From Octopus vulgaris (lineage: Eukaryota): a DNA stretch of 64,000 nucleotides. The position numbers were made by a program, and so were the translations under genes. Where the stretch lies: assembly GCA_951406725.2 (NCBI GenBank), contig OX597825.1:86304001-86368000 (forward strand), given 5' to 3'. The notes beneath the pieces were generated by a model, which did no database searches, was not told the origin of the DNA, and saw only the letters and a list, made by a program, of their open reading frames with translations. Below are positions 1 to 12,512 of the stretch, piece by piece (position 1 is the stretch's first letter; every line of letters begins with the position of its first letter).

Positions 1-3000
1 AGGGGACAAAATGAATGGTGATCCTTCAGGCTTGAGGGGACACAATGAATGGTGATCCTTCAGGCTTGATGGGACAGAATGAATGGTGATCCTTCAGGCT
101 TGAGGGCACAGAATGAATGGTCATCCGTCAGGCTTGAGGGGACAGATTGAATGTTGATCCTTCAGGCTTGAGGGGACACAATGAATGGTGATCCGTCAGG
201 CTTGAGGGGACAGAATGAATGGTAATCCTTCAAGCTAGAGGGGACAGAATGAATGGTGATCCTTCAGGCCTGAGGGGACAGAATGAATGGTGATCCTTCA
301 GGCTTGAGGGGACAGAATGAATGGTGATCCTTCAGGCTTGAGGGGACAGAATGAATGGTGATCCTTCAGGCTTGAGGGGACAGATTGAATGTTGATCCTT
401 CAGGCTTGAGGGGACACAATGAATGGTGATCTGTCAGGCTTGAGGGGACAGAATGAATGGTGATCCTTCAGGCTTGAGGGGACAGAATGAATGGTGATCC
501 TTCAGGCTTGAGGGGACACAATGAATGGTGATCCTTCAGGCTTGAGGGGACAGAATGAATGGTGATCCTTCACACTTCAGGGGACAGAATGAATGGTGAT
601 CCTTCAGGCTTGAGGGGACACAATGAATGTTGATCCTTCAGGCTTGAGGGGACACAATGAATGGTGATCCTTCAGGCTTGAGGGGACACAATGAATGGTG
701 ATCCTTCAGGTTTGAGGGGACAGAATGAATGGTGATCCTTCAGGCTTCAGGGGACAGAATGAATGGTGATCCTTCAGGCTTGATGTGACAGAATGAATTG
801 TGATCCTTTAGGCTTGAGGGGACAGAATGAATGGTGATCCTTCAGGCTTGAGGGGACAGAATAAATGGTGATCCTTCAGCCTTGAGGGCACAGAATGAAT
901 GGTGATCCTTCAGGCTTGAGGGCACAGAATGAATGGTGATCCTTCAGGCTTGAGGGCACAGAATGAATGGTGATCCTTCAAGCTAGAGGGGACAGAATGA
1001 ATGGTGATCCTTCAGGCCTGAGGGGACAGAATGAATGGTGATCCATCAGGTTTGAGGGGACAGAATGAATGGTGATCCTTCAGGCTTGAGAGCACTGATG
1101 GAATGGTGATCCTTCAGGCTTGATGGGACAGAATGAATGGTGATCATTCAGGCCTGAGGGGACAGAATGAATGGTGATCCTTCAGGCTTGAAAGGACAAA
1201 TGAATGGTGACCCTTCAGGCTTGAGGGGACAAAATGAATGGTGATCCTTCAGGCTTGAGGGGACACAATGAATGGTGATCCTTCAGGCTTGACGGGACAG
1301 AATGAATGGTGATCCTTCAGGCTTGAGGGCACATAATGAATGGTCATCCCTCAGGCTTGAGGGGACAGATTGAATGTTGATCCTTCAGGCTTGAGGGGAC
1401 ACAATGAATGGTGATCCGTCATGCTTGAGGGGACAGAATGAATGGTAATCCTTCAAGCTAGAGGGGACAGAATGAATGGTGATCCTTCAGGCCTGAGGGG
1501 ACAGAATGAATGGTGATCCTTCAGGCTTGAGGGGACAGAATGAATGGTGATCCTTCAGGCTTGAGGGGACAGAATGAATGGTGATCCTTCAGGCTTGAGG
1601 GGACAGATTGAATGTTGATCCTTCAGGCTTGAGGGCACAGAATGAATGGTGATCCTTCAGGCTTGAGTGCACAGAATGAATGGTGATCNNNNNNNNNNNN
1701 NNNNNNNNNNNNNNNNNNNNNNNNNNNNNNNNNNNNNNNNNNNNNNNNNNNNNNNNNNNNNNNNNNNNNNNNNNNNNNNNNNNNNNNNGAATGAATGGTG
1801 ATCCTTCAGGCTTGAGGGGACAGAATGAATGGTGATCCTTCAGGCTTGAGGGGACAGAATGAATGGTGATCCTTCAGGCTTGAGGGGACAGAATGAATGG
1901 TGATCCTTCAGGCTTGAGGGACAGAATTGGTGATCCTTCAGGGGGGGACAGAATGAATGGTGATCCTTCAGGCTTGAGGGGACACAATGAATGGTGATCC
2001 TTCAGGCTTGAGGGGACAGAATGAATGGTGATCCTTCAGGCCTGAGGGGACACAGAATGAATGGTGATCCTTCAGGCTTGAGGGGACAGAATGAATGGTG
2101 ATCCTTCAGGCTTGAGGGGACAGAATGAATGGTGATCCTTCAGGCTTGAGGGGACAGAATGAATGGTGATCCTTCAGGCTTGAGGGGACAGAATGAATGG
2201 TGATCCTTCAGGCTTGAGGGGACAGAATGAATGGTGATCCTTCAGGCTTGAGGGGACAGAATGAATGGTGATCCTTCAGGCTTGAGGGGACAGAATGAAT
2301 GGTGATCCTTCAGGCTTGAGGGGACAGAATGAATGGTGATCCTTCAGGCTTGAGGGACAGATGAATGTGATCCTTCAGGCTTGAGGGGACAGAATGAATG
2401 GTGATCCTTCAGGCTTGAGGGGACAGAATGAATGGTGATCCTTCAGGCTTGAGGGGACAGAATGAATGGTGATCCTTCAGGCTTGAGGGGACAGAATGAA
2501 TGGTGATCCTTCAGGCTTGAGGGGACAGAATGAATGGTGATCCTTCAGGCTTGAGGGGACAGAATGAATGGTGATCCTTCAGGCTTGAGGGGACAGAATG
2601 AATGGTGATCCTTCAGGCTTGAGGGACAGAATGAATGGTGATCCTTCAGGCTTGAGGGGACAGAATGAATGGTGATCCTTCAGGCTTGAGGGGACAGAAT
2701 GAATGGTGATCCTTCAGGCTTGAGGGGACAGAATGAATGGTGATCCTTCAGGCTTGAGGGGACAGAATGAATGGTGATCCTTCAGGCTTGAGGGGACAGA
2801 ATGAATGGTGATCCTTCAGGCTTGAGGGGACAGAATGAATGGTGATCCTTCAGGCTTGATGGGACAGAATGAATTGTGATCCTTTAGGCTTGAGGGGACA
2901 GAATGAATGGTGATCCTTCAGGCTAGAGGGGACAGAATAAATGGTGATCCTTCAGCCTTGAGGGCACAGAATAAATGGTGATCCTTCAGGCTTGAGGGCA

Positions 3001-5100
3001 CAGAATGAATGGTGATCCTTCAGGCTTGAGGGGACAGAGGGACAGATGAATGGTGATCAGGCTTGAGGGGACAGAATGAATGGTGATCCTTCAGGCGAGG
3101 GGACAGAATGAATGGTGATCCTTCAGGCTTGAGGGGACAGAATGAATGGTGATCCTTCAGGCTTGAGGGGACAGAATGAATGGTGATCCTTCAGGCTTGA
3201 GGGGACAGAATGAATGGTGATCCTTCAGGCTTGAGGGGACAGAATGAATGGTGATCCTTCAGGCTTGAGGGGACAGATGAATGGTGATCCTTCAGGCTTG
3301 AGGGGACAGAATGAATGGTGATCCTTCAGGCTTGAGGGGACAGAATGAATGGTGATCCTTCAGGCTTGAGGGGACACAATGAATGGTGATCCTTCAGGCT
3401 TGAGGGGACAGAATGAATGGTGATCCTTCAGGCTTGAGGGGACAGAATGAATGGTGATCCTTCAGGCTTGAGGGGACAGAATGAATGGTGATCCTTCAGG
3501 CTTGAGGGGACAGAATGAATGGTGACCCTTCAGGCTTGAGGGGACACAATGAATGGTGATCCTTCAAGCTTGAGGTGACAGATTGAATGGTGATCCTTCA
3601 GGCTTGAGGGGACACAATGAATGGTGATCCTTCAGGCTTGAGGGCACAGAATGAATGGTGATCCTTCAGGCTTGAGGGGACAGAATGAATGGTGATCCTT
3701 CAGGCTTGAGGGGACAGAATGAATGGTGATCCTTCAGGCTTGAGGGGACACAATGAATGGTGATCCTTCAGGCTTGAGGGGACAGAATGAATGGTGATCC
3801 TTCAGGCTTGAGGGGACACAATGAATGGTGATCCTTCAGGCTTGAGGGGACACAATGAATGGTGATCCTTCAGGCTTGAGGGGACACAATGAATGGTGAT
3901 CTTTCAGGCCTGAGGGGACAGAATGAATGGTGATCCTTCAGGCTTGAGGGGACAGAGTGAATGGTGATCCTTCACACTTCAGGGGACAGAATGAATGGTG
4001 ATCCTTCAGGCTTGAGGGGACACAATGAATGGTGATCCTTCAGGCTTGAGAGGACAGAATGAATGGTGATCCTTCAGGCTTGAGGGGACACAATGAATGG
4101 TGATCCTTCAGGCTTGAGGGGACAGAATGAATGGTGATCCTTCAGGCTTGAGGGGACAGAATGAATGGTGATCCTTCAGGCTTGAGGGGACAGAATGAAT
4201 GGTGATCCTTCAGGCTTGAGGGGACAGAGTGAATGGTGATCCTTCACACTTCAGGGGACAGAATGAATGGTGATCCTTCAGGCTTGAGGCGACACAATGA
4301 ATGGTGATCCTTCAGGCTTGAGGGGACAGAATGAATGGTGATCCTTCAGGCCTGAGGGGACAGAATGAATGGTGATCCTTCAAGCTTGAGGGCACAGAAT
4401 GAATGGTGATCCTTCTGGCTTGAGGGGACAGATTGAATGTTGATCCTTCAGGCTTGAGGGGACACAATGAATGGTGATCCTTCAGGCTTGAGGGGACAGA
4501 ATTGAATGTTGATCCTTCAGGCTTGAGGGGACAGAATGAATGGTGATCCTTCAGGCTTGAGGGGACAGAATGAATGGTGATCCTCAGGCTTGAGGGGACA
4601 GATTGAATGGAGGGACAGAATGAATGGGATCCTTCAGGCTGAGGGACAGAATGAATGGTGATCCTTCAGAATGAATGGTGATCCTTCAGGCTTGAGGGGA
4701 CAGAATTGAATGTGATCCTTCAGGCTTGAGGGGACAAATGAATGGTGATCCTTCAGGCTTGAGGGGCAGAATGAATGGTGATCCTTCAGGCTTGAGGGGA
4801 CAGAATGAATGGTGATCCTTCAGGCTTGAGGGGACAGAATGAATGGTGATCCTTCAGGCTTGAGGGGACAGAATGAATGGTGATCCTTCAGGCTTGAGGG
4901 GACAGAATGAATGGTGATCCTTCAGGCTTGAGGGGACAGAATGAATGGCGATCCTTCAGGCCTGAGGTGACAGAATGAATGGTGATCCTTCAAGCATGAG
5001 GGCACAGAATGAATGGTGATCCTTCTGGCTTGAGGGGACAGATTGAATGTTGATCCTTCAGGCTTGAGGTAACACAATAAATGGTGATCCATCAGGCTTG
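1..5100. repeat. Tandem satellite, 34-bp monomer GAATGAATGGTGATCCTTCAGGCTTGAGGGGACA, roughly 150 copies, runs off the left edge of the window
   Basis: The period is read directly (monomer starts at 1789 and 1823). Monomers are head-to-tail with point variants and no spacers. Confidence 0.98.
1689..1788. other. Assembly gap (100 N) inside the satellite
   Basis: Run of exactly 100 N, so the true array length is unknown. Confidence 0.99.
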
Positions 5101-5340
5101 GAATCACTCTCTTCCTTGACGGAACGATTTATATCATCAATCATGGCATTCTACAGTTATGATGACACACGGAGGTTCGGCCTTGTCTTGGCTGCACATC
5201 TCCTACTATTAAATACATGCAACTAGATTCTTTTCCTATTTTATTTAATAGTTATGTTTTGAACCAAATTTATGGAAATCACCATTTCAGCTCTGTTGAT
5301 CTTCGTTTAGTTTACTTTGATTAAAAAATCAACGAAAACC

Positions 5341-5945
5341 ACATGGATCCAGGTTCAGTCCCACTGCATAGCATCTTAAGCAAGTGCTTCCTTCCATAGT
5401 CAAAGGTTGACCAAAGCCTTGTGAGTGGATTTTGTAGGTGGAAACTAAAAGAAGCTAGTCACATACAGTAAGCCCTTGATTACTGCTGGTGTTAAGTTCC
5501 AAAATCCTCCCGTGATAGGTGAAAATCCATGAAATAGAAACAGTACTGTACTACATATTTTTAAAAAAATTATTTTTTATAATTTGTATATATTTATTTT
5601 ATTATAAAGGCAAAACAACAAAGCGGAGGAATCGACATAAGCTTAAATAATAGACTGCGAAAGGTGAACCGTGAAATGGCAAGGGATTACTGTGTGTATA
5701 TAATATATATATATTACTGTATGTATATAATCATGTGTGTACGTGTATGTTTGTGATGGTGTTTGTCTCCCACCACTGTTTGGCAACCAGTGTTGTTTTG
5801 TTTATGTCCCTGTAGCCTAGCAGTTCAGTAAAAGAGATCGATAGAATAAGTATCAGGCTTAAAATGAAAAACTACCAAAATCGATTCTTCAAGGCTGAGC
5901 CCCAGCATGGCCATAGTCTAATGACTGAAACAGGTAATAGAATCA
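5341..5945 (+). mobile_element. tRNA-derived SINE, family A, 5'-truncated and split by a nested MITE
   Basis: GGTTCAGTCCCACTGC...CCAAAGCCTTGTGAGTGGATTT head and CCAGCATGGCC...ATGACTGAAACA tail are shared with about 10 other copies in the window. Confidence 0.8.
5466..5692. mobile_element. pogo/Tigger-like MITE nested in SINE A
   Basis: Ends CAGTAAGCCCTTG and CAAGGGATTACTG are inverted repeats, with TA at 5464-5465. It sits at the internal TA tract of the SINE. Confidence 0.7.
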
Positions 5946-6398
5946 AAAATATAATAAATTTAAAGAAATAATCATGTAAGTTTATGAAATTTAATGAAAC
6001 ATTGCACCAGTTCTTTTGCCATTTCCAGCAGATTTGGACCCATTTATGTAATTTCATATTCACATTCACAAACAAATTGAAAAGAATTCTACAACAAAGT
6101 CTGGATGTTCAATTTGGTACATCCAATAGGTGCTGGGCTTTTCCTTTCTTTTATCATGTTGGGTTATATTTACAACTGTTCAAAGTAAACAGTGAAATTA
6201 GTTTTTTGAATTCTTGCACAAAGTTCTGTTACAAAAGAGTTTCGTTTTTCATGGTTTTAAAAGGTTGCCTTCCTTAAACTGTAAACAAGGAGTTTTAGTC
6301 TCACAACAGAATATATTCACGATAAGTCTGATATAGAATCTTCCTTTATTTCTCAGAGCACACAAAGTAGAACTTTAGCAGTGTATAAAATAAATAAA

Positions 6399-6645
6399 TC
6401 ATCATCATCATCATTATCGTCGTTTAACGTCCGCTTTCCATGCTGGCATGGGTTGGACGGTTTGACTGAGGACTGGTGAGCCAGAAGGCTGCACCAGGCT
6501 CCACTCTGATCCAGCAGGGTTTCTACAGCTGGATGCCCTTCCTAAAGCCAACCACTCTGGGAGTGTAGTGGGTGCTTTTATGTGCCACTGGCATGAGGGC
6601 CAGTTAAGGGGTTCTGGCAAGGTCTATGCTCAAATGGTGTTTTTT
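6399..6645 (-). mobile_element. 3' tail of the RTE LINE (5'-truncated copy) with (GAT)n end
   Basis: Matches the 3' UTR of the RTE at 44800-44955 (GGATGCCCTTCCTAA motif on the plus strand) and ends in (CAT)n. Similar copies lie at about 24780-25470, 42065-42465, 54290-54520, 55030-55240, 56600-56825 and 59472-59690. Confidence 0.8.
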
Positions 6646-6890
6646 AATGAATGAATAAATGCATGAATGTAAGCTGACTGCAGTCTACTGAGTGGAAAGG
6701 AATCTTAGACTCACAGGTTGCATGGCAAATTAACAAGGGCTACGGCCATAGAATGAAACAAAAAAAAGCTCCCAGTTGAAGAAACGATGCCAATGTGGAG
6801 ACTGAAGCACAATGCAATCGTTGGATGTTTTGGATGCTGTCAAAATCTGTGACCCATGCAAAATGACTGTTAAAAGATGATGTGTGTATA

Positions 6891-7172
6891 GGCGTGGCTG
6901 TGTGGTAAGAAGCTTGCTTCCCAGCTACATGGTTCCGAGTTCAGTCCCACTGCATTGCCATGTGTGTGTTTGATCCCCCCCCCCCCGCCACCACTGCTTG
7001 ACAACTGGTGTTGGTGTGGTTACATCCCTGTAACTTAGCAGTTCAGCAAAACAGACCAATAGAATATTACCAGGCTTAAAAAAGAAGCACTGGGGTTGAT
7101 TTATTCAACTAAAGATTCATCAAGTCAGTGCCTCACCATGGCCGCAGCCTAATGACTAAAACAAGTAAAGGA
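6891..7172 (+). mobile_element. tRNA-derived SINE family A, internally deleted
   Basis: GGCGTGGCTGTGTGGTAAGAAGC A-box-like head, GGTTCCGAGTTCAGTCCC B-box-like motif and the family tail. Confidence 0.8.
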
Positions 7173-7185
7173 TAATATAAATATA

Positions 7186-8075
7186 CAGGGTACTTCAAAA
7201 AATTTGATATCATTTCACAATGTAATAATTTTACCAGTTCTTGTTCAAATGGCTTTAAATTTTAACAGCATTTGTAGAAACAGGTCAAAATTTTATATTT
7301 AATGTTTGATATGTCTATCTTTTCAGGTATAGAAATGGCATTCACCAGAAGAGAAAAAGCGTTTTGGGTGTTGGAGTATTCTCGAACACAGTTGAACAAG
7401 ATTGTGCAGCGTGCATTAGTGAGAGAGTTCTCTAAAAAGTCACCAACGGCAATGCAGATTTGGACATGGCCCCAAAACTTCAAATAGGAAGGCTTTCTGT
7501 GCAGAGTAACAGGATCTGGACCACCACTAATTTCGGAAGAGATGGTTGAGTGGGTTTGCCAAAAACTCATGCGAAGCGCCAAGAAGTCCTTAAGAAGAAC
7601 AAGTCTGGAAACCCAGATTCCTCCAATGACAGTTTGGTGTGTCCTGAGGAAACGCTTGCTAATGAAACCCTACAAGCTACAGCTCGTTCAGGCCTTAACG
7701 GCAGATGACAAGCAAAAGTGCAAACATGGGACTACATGAAGGGCCTGGTCTATGTCCCCCCTCTTCCTGCAAACCTAGAGGAACTCGAGCAGGGAATCCA
7801 CTACCACACTGGAGACTGTTACCCAAGACATGCTGCAGCGTGTTTGAGAAGAGCTGGACTACTAACTTGACATGTGGCATGTCTCAGGCAGTTCGCATAT
7901 TGAACATTTATAAAATCGTTCATGGAATCCACCTACATTTGAATTTCTCACTTAAATTTGGAGGAATAAATCTTATGTTACTCAACACTAAACCTGATTA
8001 GTTTCATTTGCTTTCACTTCATAGTTTCTGTGATATTTACATCTCAAATGATATCAAATTTTCTGAAACACCTTG
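7186..8075 (+). mobile_element. Tc1/mariner-superfamily transposon (DUF4817-type N-terminal HTH), internally deleted, non-autonomous
   Basis: About 30-bp TIRs (CAGGGTACTTCAAAAAATTTGATATCATTT and its inverse) with TA on the left. The N-terminal piece MAFTRREKAFWVLEY...KSLRRTSLE...KPYKLQLVQAL is joined directly to the C-terminal piece WDYMKGLVY...HIEHL, so the DDE core is missing. Confidence 0.85.
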
Positions 8076-8083
8076 TGTGTATG

Positions 8084-8114
<31 letters not shown>

Positions 8115-8121
8115 TATATAT

Positions 8122-8205
<84 letters not shown>
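8076..8205. repeat. Compound (TA)n(TG)n(GA)n microsatellite
   Basis: Read directly. Confidence 0.95.
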
Positions 8206-8208
<3 letters not shown>

Positions 8209-8474
8209 GTGAAAATAAAATTAGCTTAGCATAGATAACCCATAGATGCTGCAACAGATGAGAAGTTACACTCCAACCTTTTCATACAAGGCCAATGCAT
8301 CTGCATTGAAGTTCAATTATAAGAACAATCCTTATTGATCTGTTAGGATAGGTAGGAAGGTAAATAAACGCAGGTAAGCTCAAAACATATATTTACATGG
8401 AGCAGAAAAATCATAAATGACATAACAAAGAAAAAAAGGTAACAAATAGAACAGATGAATTTCGTGAAGTTTTA

Positions 8475-8615
8475 TCCCGACAGCTGTTTCAAGACAGCCA
8501 TAACTTATATAATAATCATATTCATATGCAATACGTGCATTATGTCATACATGTATGCATTACAACACATCTCAATGAAATTGTTAAAGTAGGTTAGGTG
8601 TCCCTTCTCAAGAGA
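8475..8615 (-). ncRNA. Degenerate type I hammerhead-like motif (Penelope pLTR type)
   Basis: The minus strand reads TCTC-TTGAGAA-(GGGACACCTAAC...GTTATGGCTGTCTT stem II)-GAAA-CAGCTG-TC-GGGA. The core has two mismatches to CUGANGA. Confidence 0.4.
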
Positions 8616-8759
8616 AGAAGGCAAATGTTTATTTTCTAACAATGTTTACAAATATAAAGGCTTAAACAGAGTAGAGTGGGGGTAGTGAGGGAGGGGGAGC
8701 AGAGAGAAATAGACCAGCATGCAGCAGCAGGAGCTCTTCATTGCTGACGACTGGACAGT

Positions 8760-9040
8760 CTATAAAGCTTGAAGTTAGTTGCAAATATGATGACAAATTA
8801 TGAACATCACACTTATTGACAAGATCAGGAATAAAAGAGATTCTCCAGGATGCTGGTCTCTCTCCTATGATGGAAATCCTCATTGACAGATATTTGCACT
8901 GGTTGGAACACATGCACATGATAGACAACAGCAGACTCTCCAGGTAACTTTGTTTATTCCCAACAATGCAACGGGGAGAGAAACCATGAAAGACTTGGAT
9001 TGAGGTTCAAAGCGATTGCAAAATAGAACTGATCATAACA
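8760..9040 (+). mobile_element. Old RTE-clade (BovB-like) LINE C-terminal fragment
   Basis: Broken translation IMNITLIDKIRN...RYLHWLEHMHMIDNSRLSR...GLRFK resembles the LRWLGHV-RM-D-RLP...GRP-LRFKD motif of RTE ORFs. Confidence 0.55.
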
Positions 9041-9569
9041 AATGGCAAACTCAAAAAGAAAAAAAACCCAGCCAGGATTGAGAAATCTTATGAAATCCTG
9101 TCAAAGCCAGGAAGTCATAGTTACAACGACTGACTGCATGATCACAGGAATATACCCATAGACCCTGTATTTGTGGGTTAATAAGACACCCGATGCTTTC
9201 ATAAGAAGAGATCTTTGTAACTGCTGAAGCATGCCACGTGGAAGTGTTGGTATTCATCTCCATTCTGGATGAGAATGTAGAAGACTAAACAGGATTTTGA
9301 AATAAAAACACAGATCTTAGGAGGTAACTTATACAACTACCTTAATTGTTATCTCCCTTGCACCAGCCTTGAAGTTTGGCAAGAAATTGCCTTTCACCAG
9401 AGATTAATAGCTTGACATATGCAAGAATGCTTGTGCATGCTATATTTACATATATATGTATATATATAAGCACACTTATAAAAAATATAAAAGTACACAC
9501 ACATACATAAATATGAACACACACACACATATTTAACAAGGTTGGTAGAGTTTCATGCTTGAAATTTCA

Positions 9570-10480
9570 AAGTATGAATTGTTTCTTATGAAAGAGGTTT
9601 CCTCTCTAAAACTTAAACATTCATTGTTGATGTTACAATATTTCATTTTTCTGCGATACAGAGGTTGCATTTGCTGCCACATCCCCATGATCTTAGCTAT
9701 GATGCTCCAGTTATTCACATCCCTCTTTTTTAGTCTCCATACCATATTTGATAAACATGTATGCCTTTTGCTTTTCTCTGATCAAAGCCAAATGCTGACC
9801 GTCTCTCTTCTTAAAGGTGTTTTCTGTCATTCCAAATTTTTTTTGTTCAGTTCAAGTCCATGGTACTGGCCTAGTACACTACTTCTTTTTCTGGATACCT
9901 ATTGTTCTGAGGGGTTATCTGGGATCTACAATGACAGGATCTTTGGTGGTGGTGGGTCCTTATGTTGTTATTCGTATTTTGATTAAAAATCATCGATCAT
10001 TCGTTGGAGAGGCAAGTGTAGGTAACTTTAACTATATTTCTATTGAAGATTTTGCAGTATTTATGTGAGTGTGGGAAGTGTATATTTATGAGTTTCAGAA
10101 ATTTTCTAGCTATGTTCATGGTCACATTCATGCTGTATGGAGGATTATGCCATGATATTTTCCTCTGTTCACATAGATTAAGCTTTTCTTAAAATTGGAA
10201 CTTTCTAACGTGGCATTGTAACACAGAGCTGCCTTTTTGAAAGTATGGTTTAGAAATGTGATGCACATCATGCTTTATTATACATTTAAGACATATATTC
10301 CTATGAACTTATGCTGGATCCCCTAACTACACAGATTTACATGTATAGCACATATACACGACATTACAATTCAAAGGGAAAACATGTATATCAGCTTATG
10401 AAATAACGACTCTCTGGACTAAGTTTGACCAAAACGTCTATGAAAGCCCACAAATAATTATATGCACATACTGAAACATG
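9570..10480 (-). mobile_element. Penelope-like element remnant (RT C-terminus, linker and GIY-YIG endonuclease)
   Basis: The minus strand translates to KISWHNPPYSMNVTMNIARKFLKLINIHFPHSHKYCKIFNRNIVKVTYTCLSN, then VVY..FGMTENTFKKR..LSNMVWRLKK..WSIIAK..KCNLC. These are typical EN+ PLE motifs, with many stops and frameshifts. Confidence 0.8.
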
Positions 10481-10889
10481 AACAAAACATATGTTGCTGG
10501 TGTATGAGTGTGTATATTTTTATATGTGCATGTGTGTGTATGTGTACATATATATATTTATAAGTATGGGCATGCACAAGCGTTCTTGCATATGATAATT
10601 AAAGAATTAATCTAAGCTGAGCACACTTTCTTGCAAAAATCCAGAGCTGATGCAAGCGAGATAACAATTCAGATAAGTTACCTCCTGTAAGCTCTATATT
10701 TATTTTGAAATCCCATTTACCCGTGTGTAACCTTGTGTATTCTCATTCAAAATGGAAACAAGTACCAACACTTCCATGTGGCATGCTTGAATAATTGTAA
10801 AGATCTTTCCACATGAAACCATTGGTTACCTTCTTAACTCACAAATAAAGAATATTCTCACTGTTCAGTTTTAGAATTTAGATGCACTT

Positions 10890-11228
10890 GTGGCTGTGTT
10901 AAGGAATTTTTTTCCCAATCACAAAGTCTTAGGTTCAGTCCCACTGCATGCACCTTGGGTAAGAGTCTTCTACTATAGCCCTGGGCCAACCAAAGCCTTG
11001 TGAGTGGATTTAGTAGATGAAAACTAAAAGAAGCCCATCATATGTATATACATTAATGTATGTCTTTGTGTCAGTGTTTGTCCTCCACCACAAATTGACA
11101 AGTATTGTTGGTGTGTTTATCTCCCTGTAACTTAGCGGTTTGTCAATAGAGACTGACAGAATAAATACCAGACTTGAAAAAAAATAAGTATGAGGTTGAT
11201 TAATTTGACTAAAATTCCTCAAAGCAGT
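10890..11228 (+). mobile_element. SINE family A
   Basis: Family head and body present; the tail abuts the MULE remnant. Confidence 0.75.
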
Positions 11229-11232
11229 TTAA

Positions 11233-11786
11233 GGGTATCCAGACAACTGCCCAAATGACAAGAGACAGACAATTGCAATTTTTTCCCTTTTGGGTGAAGG
11301 CTGATGTCCTGCCAGCATTTGGTTGATGATTGTGTCGCTAAGAGCTTTTTCCATCTTCAATACCTGAAGAAATCACCAGATATTTGGATGACCTGATGTT
11401 ATATTCACTTGTAAATGGTTATGCCATCCCTCCAAGGAATTAATTTTTCATGGCAAATCATTGCATCCATGGTCATATATGTTCCACACACAAATAGGAA
11501 AGAGTGGGTTGCCTCTGTTTCACCGTCATATTCTACCGATATAAGCATCTTCCTCGTAATCAATTACTGGATCTGCTTCATGGCACAAGTTTTCTTGTAA
11601 TTGCTCAAATGCTGTTACAACATTGACTGCTGGCACAAAAGCCAAGGCCTTTTGGCACCTGGTGGTTCTTAGCTTCAGCAAACTGAGGAAAAATACAATT
11701 CTTGAGTACAGGAAGATTCACCCAAATCACAGATAAAGTGAAAGTGCCTGTCGGGCAATTGCTTGTCTGGCAGTTGACCTAGAACC
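11233..11786 (-). mobile_element. MULE/Mutator-type transposon remnant with degenerate TIRs
   Basis: Minus strand 11570 to 11340 reads PVIDYEEDAYIGRI*R*NRGNPLFPICVWNIYD...LP*KINSLEGWHNHLQVNITSGHPNIW*FLQVLKME (MULE TNN-EGWHN/HPNIW motif). The two ends share inverted CAACTGCC...CAATTGC. Confidence 0.75.
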
Positions 11787-11793
11787 TCTAAGA

Positions 11794-11827
<34 letters not shown>

Positions 11828-12512
11828 TCTTTTTTTTTTCTCTCCTTGTTTTTCTGTGTCCCTTTCTGTAGAAGAGCTCAAACATAAAAGGCTCAAAACA
11901 TAAAAGACTTTTTCTATTCTTGAGTGTTATACTAATACATCTGTTTGTTTTGTACACTACCTGTTTCCGTCTTTTGTTTTTTTCATAAACTCTCCCTATA
12001 TATATATACACACACACACACATACACGTGTGTGTGTATGTGTAATTTTCTATTTCCCTCCACCACATTTGTTTTGGTCACTGGTTGTAACCAGTAGCTT
12101 CACTACCAGTGTTATCTGCATGCAGTCCACCCTAAAAGCATGTCCAGGTTTCTGAACATCTTGACATTTGATCTTTGTAAACAAAAGTCTCATTTCAATG
12201 TCATTTGCTTCCACTTCTCCATGTTATCAATGTTGGACCTTTTGTTGCTTGACAGACTGGGAGAAAATTACACAACTTGGAAACAAGTAAAGGTTGGTGA
12301 CAGGAAAGGCATCCAACAGCCGAAAACTCTGCCCAGATACCTTTGTCTGATCCTTGCAAGCATGGAAAAATAAACATTAAACCAACAATGACAACGAGGA
12401 ATGAGTGTGACCATTCTAGTTAGACATGGTTTAACAAAGATTATATTCCAGTTCTGTGAGTTTTGACCAATTTGGGTTTGTCTGTAGTGCTACTATTACA
12501 GAATTACCATTT

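Noticed and set aside
1-5100. 34-bp repeat with an internal hairpin as a CRISPR array or tandem ribozyme
   Set aside because: There are no unique spacers, no cas genes and the context is eukaryotic. No CUGANGA plus GAAA core is present on either strand.
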